Shown piece after piece: positions 25,858 to 37,049 of a DNA stretch of 64,000 nucleotides. Location of the stretch: the NCBI GenBank assembly GCA_043228905.1, contig JBHGNT010000008.1, positions 13,516,001 to 13,580,000 on the forward strand, written 5' to 3'. The stretch is from Azolla caroliniana. Taxonomy: Eukaryota; Plantae; Polypodiophyta. The position numbers were made by a program, and so were the translations under genes. Below the pieces are notes generated by a model, which did not search any database, was not told the origin of the DNA, and saw nothing but the letters and a program-made list of their open reading frames with translations. Each line of letters starts with the position of its first letter. Positions within the stretch are counted from its first letter, which is position 1.

Positions 25858-27679
25858 GTGAATCACGACAGAAGCTCCCATTCTTCAAATTGAAGATTCC
25901 CTCCCCAACAAAAAAAACTTCCGACACCATGTCCAAGCCTAACTCACGGAAAACGTTTATTGAGTCGGGAGGGGATGGGACTTCACACACTTTAGGAGAA
26001 AAGAGTAGTGGGGAGGCTCGCCTAAAGAGCTATCCTCATCTCGAGTGGACATTAATCTATAGCCAGGACGAAGGAGATTTGCTCCTTATTTTTGCGAAAT
26101 CTGAAGATGAGGGCAAGTTGCAGGTGGGGAAGAGTTTCACCTACGACCATGTAAAGAACATCGAATACGAAGACAACGACTCATCGAACCTCTTGTTCAA
26201 TGTTGATAGATCGGTGGGGATGCAGAAAGTTAGGATAGATGAACAAAATTTTGTAATTGACTCATGCCACCCGAAAGCTTTGAAAACTGATGTTCAAACC
26301 AAAAATAATTTGATTCTTGCTTTGCGCCCTTATTAAGGAAGAGTTGATGGTTACGCAAGCAACCACACCACCAAAGTCCACCAATAAATCAAAATTGGAA
26401 CATAAGAAGTACAAGAAAAGGCAACAGCCTAAGGAGGATGAGCCTGATGTATTCGAGTTCGTGGAAGATGAGGAAGAAGATACCGAGCTCAAAGTTATTC
26501 TCCAGGAGGCCACATTGCATCAGGAATACTCACCTCAGAGCAGAATCGGATAAGAGAAAACATTGTGAAGACGAAGCTTGTCCGTAAAGGACAACTATTT
26601 CAGTTGCCGATCTCCTTTGTTCAGAAGCCACCCATTGATCATGAAACAGGAAGACAGGCTCTAGAAATAAGAGAGCCACATTCAATGCATGTGCAAAAAG
26701 ATGTCACGTATCGAGTGCATCAGGTTCTTCCATCACGAGTACCTTGATGCGTCGCAATAATTTGGTCCTAGGCTGCATCGTGGATTGCAACGACAATGTC
26801 TACTTGAAGTGGGGATAGTGATTGACGAAGATGATAGATTATTAATATTTGTATTATCAAGAGTGGCCACGAAGGAGTTCAGCCTTGATGAAATGGTCAC
26901 AGAGTTTCAAAAGTGAGTATTCTATGTGATGACTTATTTTCCTTGTATTCATTTGTTGATTTTCTAGACTTCATTCTAACCTTACTTTCTTTTAATTTTT
27001 AGCCATAAGGTTTATATGAAGATACAAGAGTTGATGATGAAAAAGTTGTCCCTGCCTATGTGGGAAGAAGTGGAGCAATCATGCCCAAAAACATCATCGT
27101 ACAAGGCTCTTGAAGAATTCTTCCTCGTGTTTAGAGAATGGGTATGTATGTTTTACAAATATTAATTGATTTTAGGATAATGGGTTTCTTCTTACAAAAT
27201 TTATAAAAACAGAAACCATGTCATTCAAAAAAAAGAGTGACAACAATGAAGGTATACCAAGCGCCTTCATCACCCATTTGGAACTAGCTAAATATGAGAC
27301 ACGAATGACAAAAAGAAAGGAGCTTGAGGTGCTTGAGGACTCAGATACTGTGAAAAGCTTTTTGCGCAAGGTTGATCCTTTCCGACAATTGTACTGTAGT
27401 GTATATAATGGTGATGTGGGTAATATGCTTGGCATATTACCGAAGCGACATTATACATTGCTCGTCGTGGATATACTGAATGGATTCCAAATATCAGGCT
27501 CTACATACAACGATATGCCATACAAATATCCGCAAATAGAGAAGATGGTTAAAGACTTTGCAGAGCTAACCCTGGCTCCATTATGGCGAATCGTTATATT
27601 TCATAGTATGGGTCATGCTTTATCGGTCACTACTCCATTGAAGTCCAGATGTCATGCCACCGAACACATGCATTGGTAA
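25858..27679 (+). pseudogene. Decayed multi-exon gene whose last visible exon resembles the N-terminal half of a beta-class DNA amino-methyltransferase (N6_N4_Mtase type)
   Basis: VYNGDVGNMLGILPKRHYTLLVVDILNGF aligns by eye to xxGDxxxxLxxLPxxxxxLxxxDPPYG, followed by a motif-VI-like WRIVIFHS. It ends at HW followed by a gtaag donor. Motif I (FxGxG) was not found. Confidence 0.55.
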
Positions 27680-28124
27680 GCTTTATGTTAATATATATTT
27701 AATGTAGGGTCGACGCATGCTATGGTGCACCAAAAAAGTAATGTTTTTGGCTAAAAAAAAACATGAGTACTATTAGTACTAAGTAATTATTAAAAAGTTT
27801 TAAAGAAAATCGGAAAAATTTGTAATATTTTTAGGGAGTGAGGTGGGGGTATTGCACGTTGCATTTAATGGGGGGAGACAGTTGTTGCGTATTCAGGAGT
27901 TAGGACTGATTTGGGGGATATTTCCCCCACTTTTAATTTAGCATGGCACATTAATTGAATTTGGCGCTTCTCACCATTTTGGTGTCACCTCTTCCTCCTT
28001 CCAACCGAGCCCATCTCAGATTCACCGTTTTGTCGTTATCTGCATCTCAAGTATTCGCAACACTCGAATGTCCCCAAGATTTGGTTGTTCTTTGTGTCAC
28101 GCATCTTCCCCATCTTCGCCTTCT

Positions 28125-28235
28125 GTCAATATCTCTTCTCCTGCCCTCAGTATTTCTTCTCCTTCCCTCGGTGTGTCATCTCCTTCCCTCGATTTGTCTT
28201 CTCCTTCCCTCGGTATGTCTTCTCCTTCACTCGGT
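28125..28235. repeat. 21-bp minisatellite (tcttctccttccctcggtrtg), about 5 copies
   Basis: Directly visible. Confidence 0.8.
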
Positions 28236-29911
28236 ATTAGTCTTACATTTCTGTAGCATAAGTTCTCTAGTGTTTATCAGAGTTATTATATATGGTGTAG
28301 GTTATTTCAGAACTGTTTTTAGGCTTTAATATTTATAGTTTATCCTTTCAAATGGAAACTTTAAGATTTATTTATGCTGAAAAGATTATGTCTTCATCGT
28401 CATCATGATTATTATCGTCATTATCCTCTCCATCTACTTGTTTATTGTTACCATATTACGTTGACCATGTTGTTATTTGTATTATTTCCCGATCTTAATA
28501 GAATGATAATCTTCTCCCAACGATGTCAGTCACATGTGGATAACACCTAAAACTTGACTTTTATATTAGCCTATTGTTCTGGTTCTCTTTCTTAGTATTG
28601 TATTGTTTTGTTAAAGGAATATATGAGTGTGGCATTATCGTCCATGTTTATTCGAAAACCAGTTGATGTTTATGCTATGACGTATTAAGTACGTTTATTC
28701 TACGATGTGTTAAGCATTTATTTTGATTAATTAGGTATTGAAACAACAAGAAATTTAGTGTTGGAATGCATGAGAGTGGCAATGGTAGATGTCAAGGAGA
28801 GTGAGTTGTCATGTAGCAATTCTAAGTTAGAGAGGAGCAAGAGACAGGCGGTGTTGTGAAGATCCATAACTATGTGCGGATCGTGAGGCAGAACCGTCGG
28901 GGTTTTGGACCGGAAGGACTCGAAGTACACACTAGCTTTAGCGAGAAAGGATTTAAGATAGATTGAGAGACAGATTGAGAAAGATAGAACGCTTGACTTT
29001 AGATTGAGAGAGATTAAGATTGAACTCTTGACTTTAGATTTGAAGAACAAGATTGATACATCATTTGGATAACGAATTTCTTACTTTTAATTTCTTGATT
29101 AATACATCGCTTCCCTTTTCTTCTTTTCCATCCACCCTTTTATAGATGCTCCCATGCATATGATGCATGTGAGGGTACAAGACATGCATACAATGCATGT
29201 GATGCATGTTTGCCATTTGGCGCTCATGCATCACATGTCACTCAATGAAGCTCTAATATGAGAATTTACATGTAAAGCTATAATACTAAAAATATAATCC
29301 TTAAAGAAATGATTTGGCTTAATGATAAGCCTATTGCTTCCTATCTTCGAGGTGCAAAGTTCGAGTCTTGCTTACATCTTTTTCTTTTATGCACAAAATA
29401 CTATTAGGCTTTTGGAACAAATATCTTTAAGACACCATGCACCGTGATCAGCTGACCCAACAGATCCGTCCAATTTGCATCTGTTTGGTCCAGCCCAGCC
29501 CGCATCCCGAGTCGCTTGCCGGTCATCGGTCAGTCGCTACTTGCCGGTTACCGATCACCGGTCACCTCGTTGCTTGCCGGTAACTGGGTCCGCAGCCGTC
29601 GCCGGTTGTCGCTGGTTTTGGACCAAATATCTTTAAGACACCATGCACCACGATCAACCAACCCGATCAATCCGTCCGATTTGCATCCATTTGGTCCGGC
29701 CCAGTCCGCATTCTGATCCGGTTCGGTCCGCATCCCGAGTCGCTTGCCAGTCATCGGTCGGTGGCTACTTGCCGGTTACTGGTCGCCGGTCACCTCGTTG
29801 CTTGCCGGTGTCAGGAACAGTACTAAGATAGAGAAGGAATTAGTACTAAAAGAAGTATTAGTACTAAGAGAGGTGAAGAACTCTCGAGAGAAGGAAAGAG
29901 TGAGTGAGAGG

Positions 29912-29951
<40 letters not shown>

Positions 29952-30218
29952 TGATAAGAAAAGATATATATTATGTGAAGAAAATGTACAGTAGCTAGGA
30001 GGCTTAAGACTGGCGTTGAACCGATTTGGTTCGAAATAATGCCTTGTGCCTCCTTTTATAGTGTTCTAAGGAATACTCCTGAAGTTTCTAGAATGTTCCA
30101 GAGAAATCTGGAATATATATCTAAACCCTAAATAATATTCTATGTATTACAATGTATAGTCTAATGGTCAAGAGCTCGACCCATGTAGTATAAGGTCATG
30201 GGTTCGAGTCTTGCCATA

Positions 30219-33200
30219 TCATGACACTATCCCCCCTTTAAAACGACGAGTGTAACAAGTCGTTTTGGATTGAGGACCCGGTTTGTTTGGATATTGATGA
30301 TGGAAGTCTTCAAGAAGAGCATGAGCATTGGTGACATTCTCTATCGGTTCCCAAGTACGCTCGCTGGGACTATATCCTAGCCAGTCGACTAGATAGTAGA
30401 GCTTGTTGCGAACAAGCTTGGAATCAAGGATGGCGGCAACCTCGTACTCAGGTCCATCTTCAAGCTCGATCGGGGGTGGAGGCTGTGTAATACGTCCTGG
30501 GATGGTGCTTTCTTGATAGGGTTCGAGGAGAGAACTATGAAACACCGGATGTATCCGAAGTTGTGGAGGTAGATCAAGACGAAAAGCGACATCATTAATC
30601 TTTCCGATAATATAGAAAGGACCTAATCGTCGATAATCCAACTTCTCGCATAGGTGAGTAGTCTTGATGTGTCGTCGGAGTAGCCATACCCAATCTCCAA
30701 TGTTAAAACTAGATGGGAGTCGATGACGATACGCATAAACCTTGTGTGTTTGTTGAGCTTGTTGGAGATGAGTAGATAAATCCGCTTGTATCTTGCGTAA
30801 ACTCTCCAAACGATTCTCTGCGCAAGGATTTGTGGACACCTCTGGGGTTTCAAGTACACACCACTGGGGGTGACATCCCGTATAAACATAAAATGGCGTA
30901 ACTTTCGTGGATGCGTGGATAGAGTTGTTATAGGCAAATTCGGCGAAGTGGAGAATATCTGCCCAATCATCCTGATGATAGCTGAGAAAGCACCGCAGAT
31001 ACTGCTCCAGCGTTTGATTGGTTCGTTCGGCTTGGCCGTCGATTTGTGGGTGGTAGCCGGAGAAGAGGTTACAAGTGACCTTGAGCATGTTAAAAAGGTG
31101 CTTCCAGAATTTTGACACGAACTGGGGTCCACGGTCGCTGATGATACTATCAGGAAGTCCATGATGCCGACATACTTCACGCATGACAATTTCGGCAGTG
31201 TCTTCACTGGAGATCTCCTTAGCACATGGCAAGAAATGAGCCATCTTCGTATATCGATCGACCACCGTTAGAATCGCATTGAACCCCTTAGAGACTGGAA
31301 GATCTGTGATGAAGTCTATAGCAATGGATTGTCACGGCTTGCTTGGAATTGCTAATGGTTCTAATAAACCATATGGATGATGCCTTGGCATTTTCGCTCT
31401 GCAGCATGTACCACAAGTCCGTACAAAATCCTCGAAAAATTGTCGCATACAGGGCCACCAGAATGATCGTTGTACTAAATGTAGTGTTTTAGTACTACCA
31501 AAATGCCCAGTTGTATATGTGTCATGACAGTTTTGCACTACTTGAAGGCGGCAAGAACCATTAGGAACATACAAAAGTTCTTTAAAGAAGAGTAATCCAT
31601 CATGGTATTTGAATTGCCGATAGTCCGTACCTGGTGGTTACGACTGTGAACACAACGCTCGAGAGGGATCAATTTGTGCTAGTATAGCTTGGGCGAACGC
31701 ATCTGTCTTCAAGTCTTCGCGTATGGTATCGATAACGCGGGAATCCATGGGCATGTCAAAGATCTTTGTTGCTTGTAGTCGTGCCGGTCCCAAGATGACT
31801 TGTTTTTGGTTATCGAAAGCTGGCTCGCCGGGACGGGGTGCTAGGTACGAATGCCGTGATAATGCATCGGCCTTCCCTTGGTGCTTCCCGAGACGATATG
31901 TAATTTTGAAGTCGAAACGCGTGAGGAAGTGGGCCCACCGAGCTTGACGTCGATTCAACACACGAGCATCCTGAAAGTAGGCAAGGTTCTTGTGGTCACT
32001 AAATACGGTGACCGGATGAGAGGATCCCTCCAGAAAATGCCTCCATTGCATAAAAGAATCCACTATTGCCAATAGCTCCTTATCATGAATTTCGTAGTTG
32101 ATTTCGGCGGCGTCAAACTTGCGTGAGTGAAAAGCCACAGGATGTAGCTTCTCATCATTCCCCTGTTGTGACAGAATGCTCCCCCAATGCAAAATCCGAT
32201 GCGTCAGCTTCGATAATAAATGGTTTTTTCCGGATCTACATGAGCTAGAATTGGAGCCGATGTAAATGCCTTTTTAAGACTCTTGAAAGCCACGTCCGTT
32301 TCTTCAGACCAAATGAACGGTTGTCCCTTCTTGGTAAGTTGTGTGAGAGGTAGAACGATCTTTGAGTAATCTTGTATGAACTTCCGGTAAAAATTGGCAA
32401 AGCCTAGGAAGCATTGCACATCCCACACCGAACGTGGAGTCTGCCATTCTACCACCGTTTTGACCTTAGCTGGGTCCATGGAGATGCCTTCTAACGAAAT
32501 GATGTAGCCGAGAAATTCCACTTGGTTGCACCCGAAACTACATTTTTTCCAGCTTTGCATACAGACCATGTTCTCGAAGTCGTTTTAGTACTAATAATAC
32601 ATGAGAATCATGTTCTTCTTGGGTCTTTGAATAAACCAGTAGATCATCCAAATAGATGATCAAACAATCATCCAATAGATCTCGGAATATATCATTAGCC
32701 ATGTGCTGGAAGACCATCGGTGCATTAGTGAGGCCGAACGGCATGACCGTATACTCGAAGTGTCCATATCTGGTGCGAAACGCGATCTTCCATTCGTCTC
32801 CTGGTCGGATCCGTACGAGGTTATATGCTCCCCGTAAGTCGATCTTCGTGAAGAATCTGGCACCATTGATCCGTTCTAAAAGACTTGAGATAAGGGGAAG
32901 AGCATACCTATTCCTGATTGTAACCTTATTCAGGCCATGGTAATCTACAACAAGACGAAGTGATCCATCCTTTTTCTTGACGAAGAAAATGGGCGCGCCG
33001 GCTGGAGATTTCGAATGCCGGATGAAACCATTTTCCAAATTCTCCTCTATATAGGCCCGAAGGACTTCCAGCTCGGTTGGTGACAAATTGTAGATCGGTC
33101 CATATGGCGGCTCTTTTCCCGGTTGTAAATCGATGGGGCAATCGTACGGTCGATGATGAGGAAGTGTGTTGGCTTGTACTTTATCGAACACATCAGCGTA

Positions 33201-33805
33201 ATGACGATACTTCTCAGGAAGTTGAACAGTGGATCCTTCTTTAGTGGTGCTGGAGGGGTTTACTGATATTGCAAAGAGGAACATTTCCTCCTTGTGCCCT
33301 TCTTTACGCAACTGACGTAGCGAAATGGTTGCCATCTTCTGAGTTGACCCTTGGGTTTGTCGACACCGGATTTCTCTTGTTCTCCAATCTATGTCTGGGT
33401 TATGTAACTCGAACCATGGTAATCCTAAAACTATGGGATGTTCTGGGATACTAATAATATTAAATGATACTACACATGCAAAGTTATCTAGGACAATATT
33501 AATGGGCTCTGACTCTTCTATGATATTTCCGGAAGCAATGGGACGTCCATCAATGACTACTACAGAGGCTGGACATTGGAGTTTTCTTAGGGATATCATA
33601 TGAGCTTGAGAAAATTTCTTATCCATAAAGCAAGAGTTAGCTCCGGAATCTAGGAGTGCTAGGACATGTACTGGAGGGGTACTTTTAGTACTAACTATTA
33701 CTTGGGCTGCGAACACATCACTAACTTGCTTAGAGGGAATGGAACCACTAATGGGCTGCACAGATCTAGGGCTGTCCAACCAAACGGCTCCTATTTTGGT
33801 TGGAC
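30219..33805 (-). pseudogene. Pol (protease, RT, RNaseH, integrase, chromodomain) with frameshifts and stops
   Basis: Contains LDSGA, YLDD, YEIHDKELLAIV, SDRGPQF, DGQAER, GPF and EYEVAAILD...YLVDWLGY...TWEP, split over five ORFs. Confidence 0.93.
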
Positions 33806-34957
33806 TTAGTCGTTTAACTCTTCTTCTAACTGACTAAGGACATCAAATCTGTTTGCTAGATCTGGGCTATTAGTACTATTAGGACTATCAGATATCCCTA
33901 CTGAAATAGGCTCGGGTTTAGTACAATTAGAACTAGTGACTATTTGGTTTACCTGTCTTCTTGGCCTATGGGGGCAATTTATTGCAATATGTCCTGGTCC
34001 ACCGCAGTAAAGACATAGTCGATTTGTACGGCGTCGTTGCTTTTCTTCTTCGGATAATGGCCCTCGACGACATGTAGTGTCAATCTCCATCGGAGTCGGA
34101 GTATTCGCTGGAGGCGCCTTATATGACTCCCTCGGAAAAGGTCTTGCTACCACTGAGGCGTAGGTGGGCTCTGATCTTGCCCTCGACATCTGTAGTTGTC
34201 GTTCCGAACGTCGCTCAAAGAGGCGGTTGTCACATCTCACCGCGCGACTGATTGCTTCTGTTAAGGACTTTGGCTCTTCGGGGAAGGTCAAGAGTAAATC
34301 CTTGACGTCGTTGCGTAAACCATAACGGAATTGCTCCATCAACGCTTGATCATCCCAAGGGATATCAGCGGCGAGTAGGCGAAAATCTGCAGCATATGCG
34401 GAGGCTGGACGGTCACCTTGGCGTAATCGCCGAATTTTGTTGATTGCGGTCCTGATGCTGTCAGTATCTCCGAAATATGCTTTAAACTCACCTAGAAACT
34501 CTTCAAAATTGTTGAGTAACGGGGATTCCTTTTCTAATAGTGGAGCGAACCATGCCAACGCTGAGCCACTTAACAAAGTGCCTACTAAACCCACTCGCGA
34601 TGCATCGGTGGGATACCGGGAAGGATGCATTTGAATAACTAATCGTACCTGGTTTAGGAACCCTCTAAACTGCGATTGCGTTCCATTGAACTTCGTGGGA
34701 AGGCCAATCTTGGGTTCTTTATGAATCCCTTGTGTTTCGGGCCCTTGTTGTTGCATCGCTACGATGGTTGCTTCGAGTTGTTGCACGCGTAATGCAAGTT
34801 CCCCATGATGTTGTTGCATTTGCTGCCTTTCTAAGGAGATTTGCTGAAGATCCCCCAGCAACCGTTGGTTTTCTTGTTCCAAAGCATGGAACTTCTCTTT
34901 CAAGCATTGAAATTCCGAGAAAACAGATTGATATTCTTCAGCGCTAACAATGGCCAT
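33806..34957 (-). CDS. Retrotransposon Gag with CCHC zinc knuckle
   Basis: Intact 383-aa ORF with LRQG...YAADF and CLYCGGPGHIAINC. Confidence 0.92.
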   Translation of the reverse strand: MAIVSAEEYQSVFSEFQCLKEKFHALEQENQRLLGDLQQISLERQQMQQHHGELALRVQQLEATIVAMQQQGPETQGIHKEPKIGLPTKFNGTQSQFRGFLNQVRLVIQMHPSRYPTDASRVGLVGTLLSGSALAWFAPLLEKESPLLNNFEEFLGEFKAYFGDTDSIRTAINKIRRLRQGDRPASAYAADFRLLAADIPWDDQALMEQFRYGLRNDVKDLLLTFPEEPKSLTEAISRAVRCDNRLFERRSERQLQMSRARSEPTYASVVARPFPRESYKAPPANTPTPMEIDTTCRRGPLSEEEKQRRRTNRLCLYCGGPGHIAINCPHRPRRQVNQIVTSSNCTKPEPISVGISDSPNSTNSPDLANRFDVLSQLEEELND

Positions 34958-36209
34958 GGGATGAAAGAAAAGAGGAATAAGAGATTAGTAGGAAATGAGA
35001 GAGACAAAAGGTAGGAAAATCGGTTCAAACTGTCAGGAACAGTACTAAGACAGAGAAGGAATTAGTACTAAAAGAAGTATTAGTACTAAGAGAGGTGAAG
35101 AACTCTCGAGAGAAGGAAAGAGTGAGTGAGAGGGAGGGAGAGAGAGAGAGAGAGAGAGAGTGATGATAAGAAAAGATATATATTATGTGAAGAAAATGTA
35201 CAGTAGCTAGGAGGCTTAAGACTGGCGTTGAACTGATTTGGTTCGAAATAATGCCTTGTGCCTCCTTTTATAGTGTTCTAAGGAATACTCCTGAAGTTTC
35301 TAGAATGTTCCAGAGAAATCTGGAATATATATCAAATTTCTATAATAAAACATAAATGAAAATAATATTCTATGTATTACAATGTATAGTCTAATGGTCA
35401 AGAGCTCGACCCATGTAGTATAAGGTCATGGGTTCGAGTCTTGCCATATCATGACAGCCGGTCGTCGGGTCCGTCGTCGATTGCCGCTGGTTTTGGTTGG
35501 CCAAAACTTTTACAAGTAGCTAGGCCACACCCACTCATCCAGTTAGCTTAGTTCAAGTCACCTTGAACTCTCTATGTTCCACACAAAGATAATAGCTTTT
35601 GCTCTGCCTTATATATGGTGAGATCCTTATTTGTCCTATCTATGTGGGATATTTCATAGTTTTATCTTTCTGTTTTCCTTTGCAAACTTTCTACCCACAT
35701 AACTTGAGACTTAGATGTTTGTTTCTTATGTAGTAAAGTGCATTTAAAAGCTCTTGAAGACCTCCATCTTTTTGTACTAAGATATTAAACTTATTTAAAA
35801 TAGTATTTTCACTATTATTGTTTTATATGATTAATACTCGATTTCGTATGCTTTATGCGATTTTCACAGTATTGCCGAAAATCTTCACGATAACGCTTCT
35901 TCACTTAGTCCATTATTTACTAGAAGTAATTGAGAGATTTACTAAGGAAGATCGTAGGGAGAATATTAAGTTTAGGGACCAATGTGTTTTAGAGGAGATT
36001 GTAGTGTCTATGAAGTCATCCCTACACTTACTAAAAGGGGTAGAGAGCATCTAGATAAGCTTGGTGCAAAGAGAGCAGCCCTTCACATGGTTATAAACAT
36101 AGAACGTAATATTCATGTTCATGCAAGCATTCCAACGTTTGGAAACGAACACATTTGAAATGGGAAAAATACATGCTCCTTTTATTTTTTTTGCATTTAT
36201 TATTATTAC

Positions 36210-36690
36210 AATTTAGCTCACCCTAGTGGTAAGGAGTCATGAATGCTATTGTTGTCTATGTCTTGGGTTCAATTCCCAATTTTCTCATCTCTTTCTCTGT
36301 CTCTCATTAGTACCATGCCATAGCAAAAATTTATGTTAGTGTTATAATAGTTTTTTTCTTTTATTTTTTATTATTACAACTAAGCACAACCTAGTGATAA
36401 GTTGTTGTGCTACTACTACTTGTGTCTTGGGTTCAATTCCCAACTTTCTCATATCCTCTTGTTACTGTCATGGAAATTTTTTATGTTAGTGTCATGTTCC
36501 TTTTTCTTCTTTTTCTTTCTTTCTTTGTTATTAAAAATTAGCTCACCCGAGTGGTTAGTTGTTATTCTACTATTGCCTATGTCATGGCAAAATTTTATGT
36601 TAGTGTCATGTTCCTTTTTCTTTCTATCTTTCTTTCTTTGTTATTAGAAATTAGGTCACCCTAGTGGTAAGTTGTTATGCTAATACTGCC
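36210..36690 (+). repeat. Degenerate tRNA-derived (SINE-like) head repeated about 4 times
   Basis: tagctcaccctagtggtaag (A-box-like) four times and gggttcaattccc (B-box) twice, separated by T-rich tracts. Confidence 0.5.
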
Positions 36691-37049
36691 TATGTCATGT
36701 TTTCTTCATATTCTCAAATATACGTTTTATGAGTTTTTGAAAGTTTGATTATAATTTATAATGACATATTTTGATTCAATCTCTATAGTTCATACTCATT
36801 TTTTTGTAAAGTTTTAAAGTGAGGATGTTAGAGATGTCTTGATTTGCATCCCAAAAGTATGCATGTGATACAATGCAAATATTGAAACCATACTTATGTT
36901 GGTGGTTCACAATGGATTAGAGTCCACTTATTAGGATTGAGAGTGAATCAAAATATAATATAGACCCTAGTCAATCCAATCCAACTTTGAGTTGATTTAC
37001 CATACACGTTTCATTGAATCATTCTCGAATGCAAATGCACGTATGATAC

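Larger units (their letters stand above)
29809..35456 (-). mobile_element. Full-length chromodomain Ty3/gypsy (Tcn1/Tf1-sushi-like) with LTRs 35031-35456 (5') and 29809-30226 (3')
   Basis: TG..CA LTRs. TSD GCCGG at 29804-29808 and 35457-35461. PPT aaaggggggatag abuts 30226. Confidence 0.97.
28852..35892 (-). mobile_element. Solo LTR of the Trp-primed gypsy group, split by the Tcn1-like insertion (28852-29808 and 35457-35892)
   Basis: The start tgttgtgaagatcc..tatgtgcggatcgtgag and the end region (caagtcaccttgaac, gtcctatctatgtgggata) match the LTR at 49021-50312. The flanks gcgg and acgc are not a clean TSD. Confidence 0.75.

Noticed and set aside
30150-30226. Functional tRNA genes in the LTRs and at 36210
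   Set aside because: Acceptor, anticodon and T stems do not pair properly. Only the promoter boxes are recognisable.
35893-36054. LLEVIERFTKED as the missing C-terminal exon of the MTase
   Set aside because: It is not followed by VLDxFxGxG. It joins instead with 28736-28851 across the solo LTR as an unrelated fragment.
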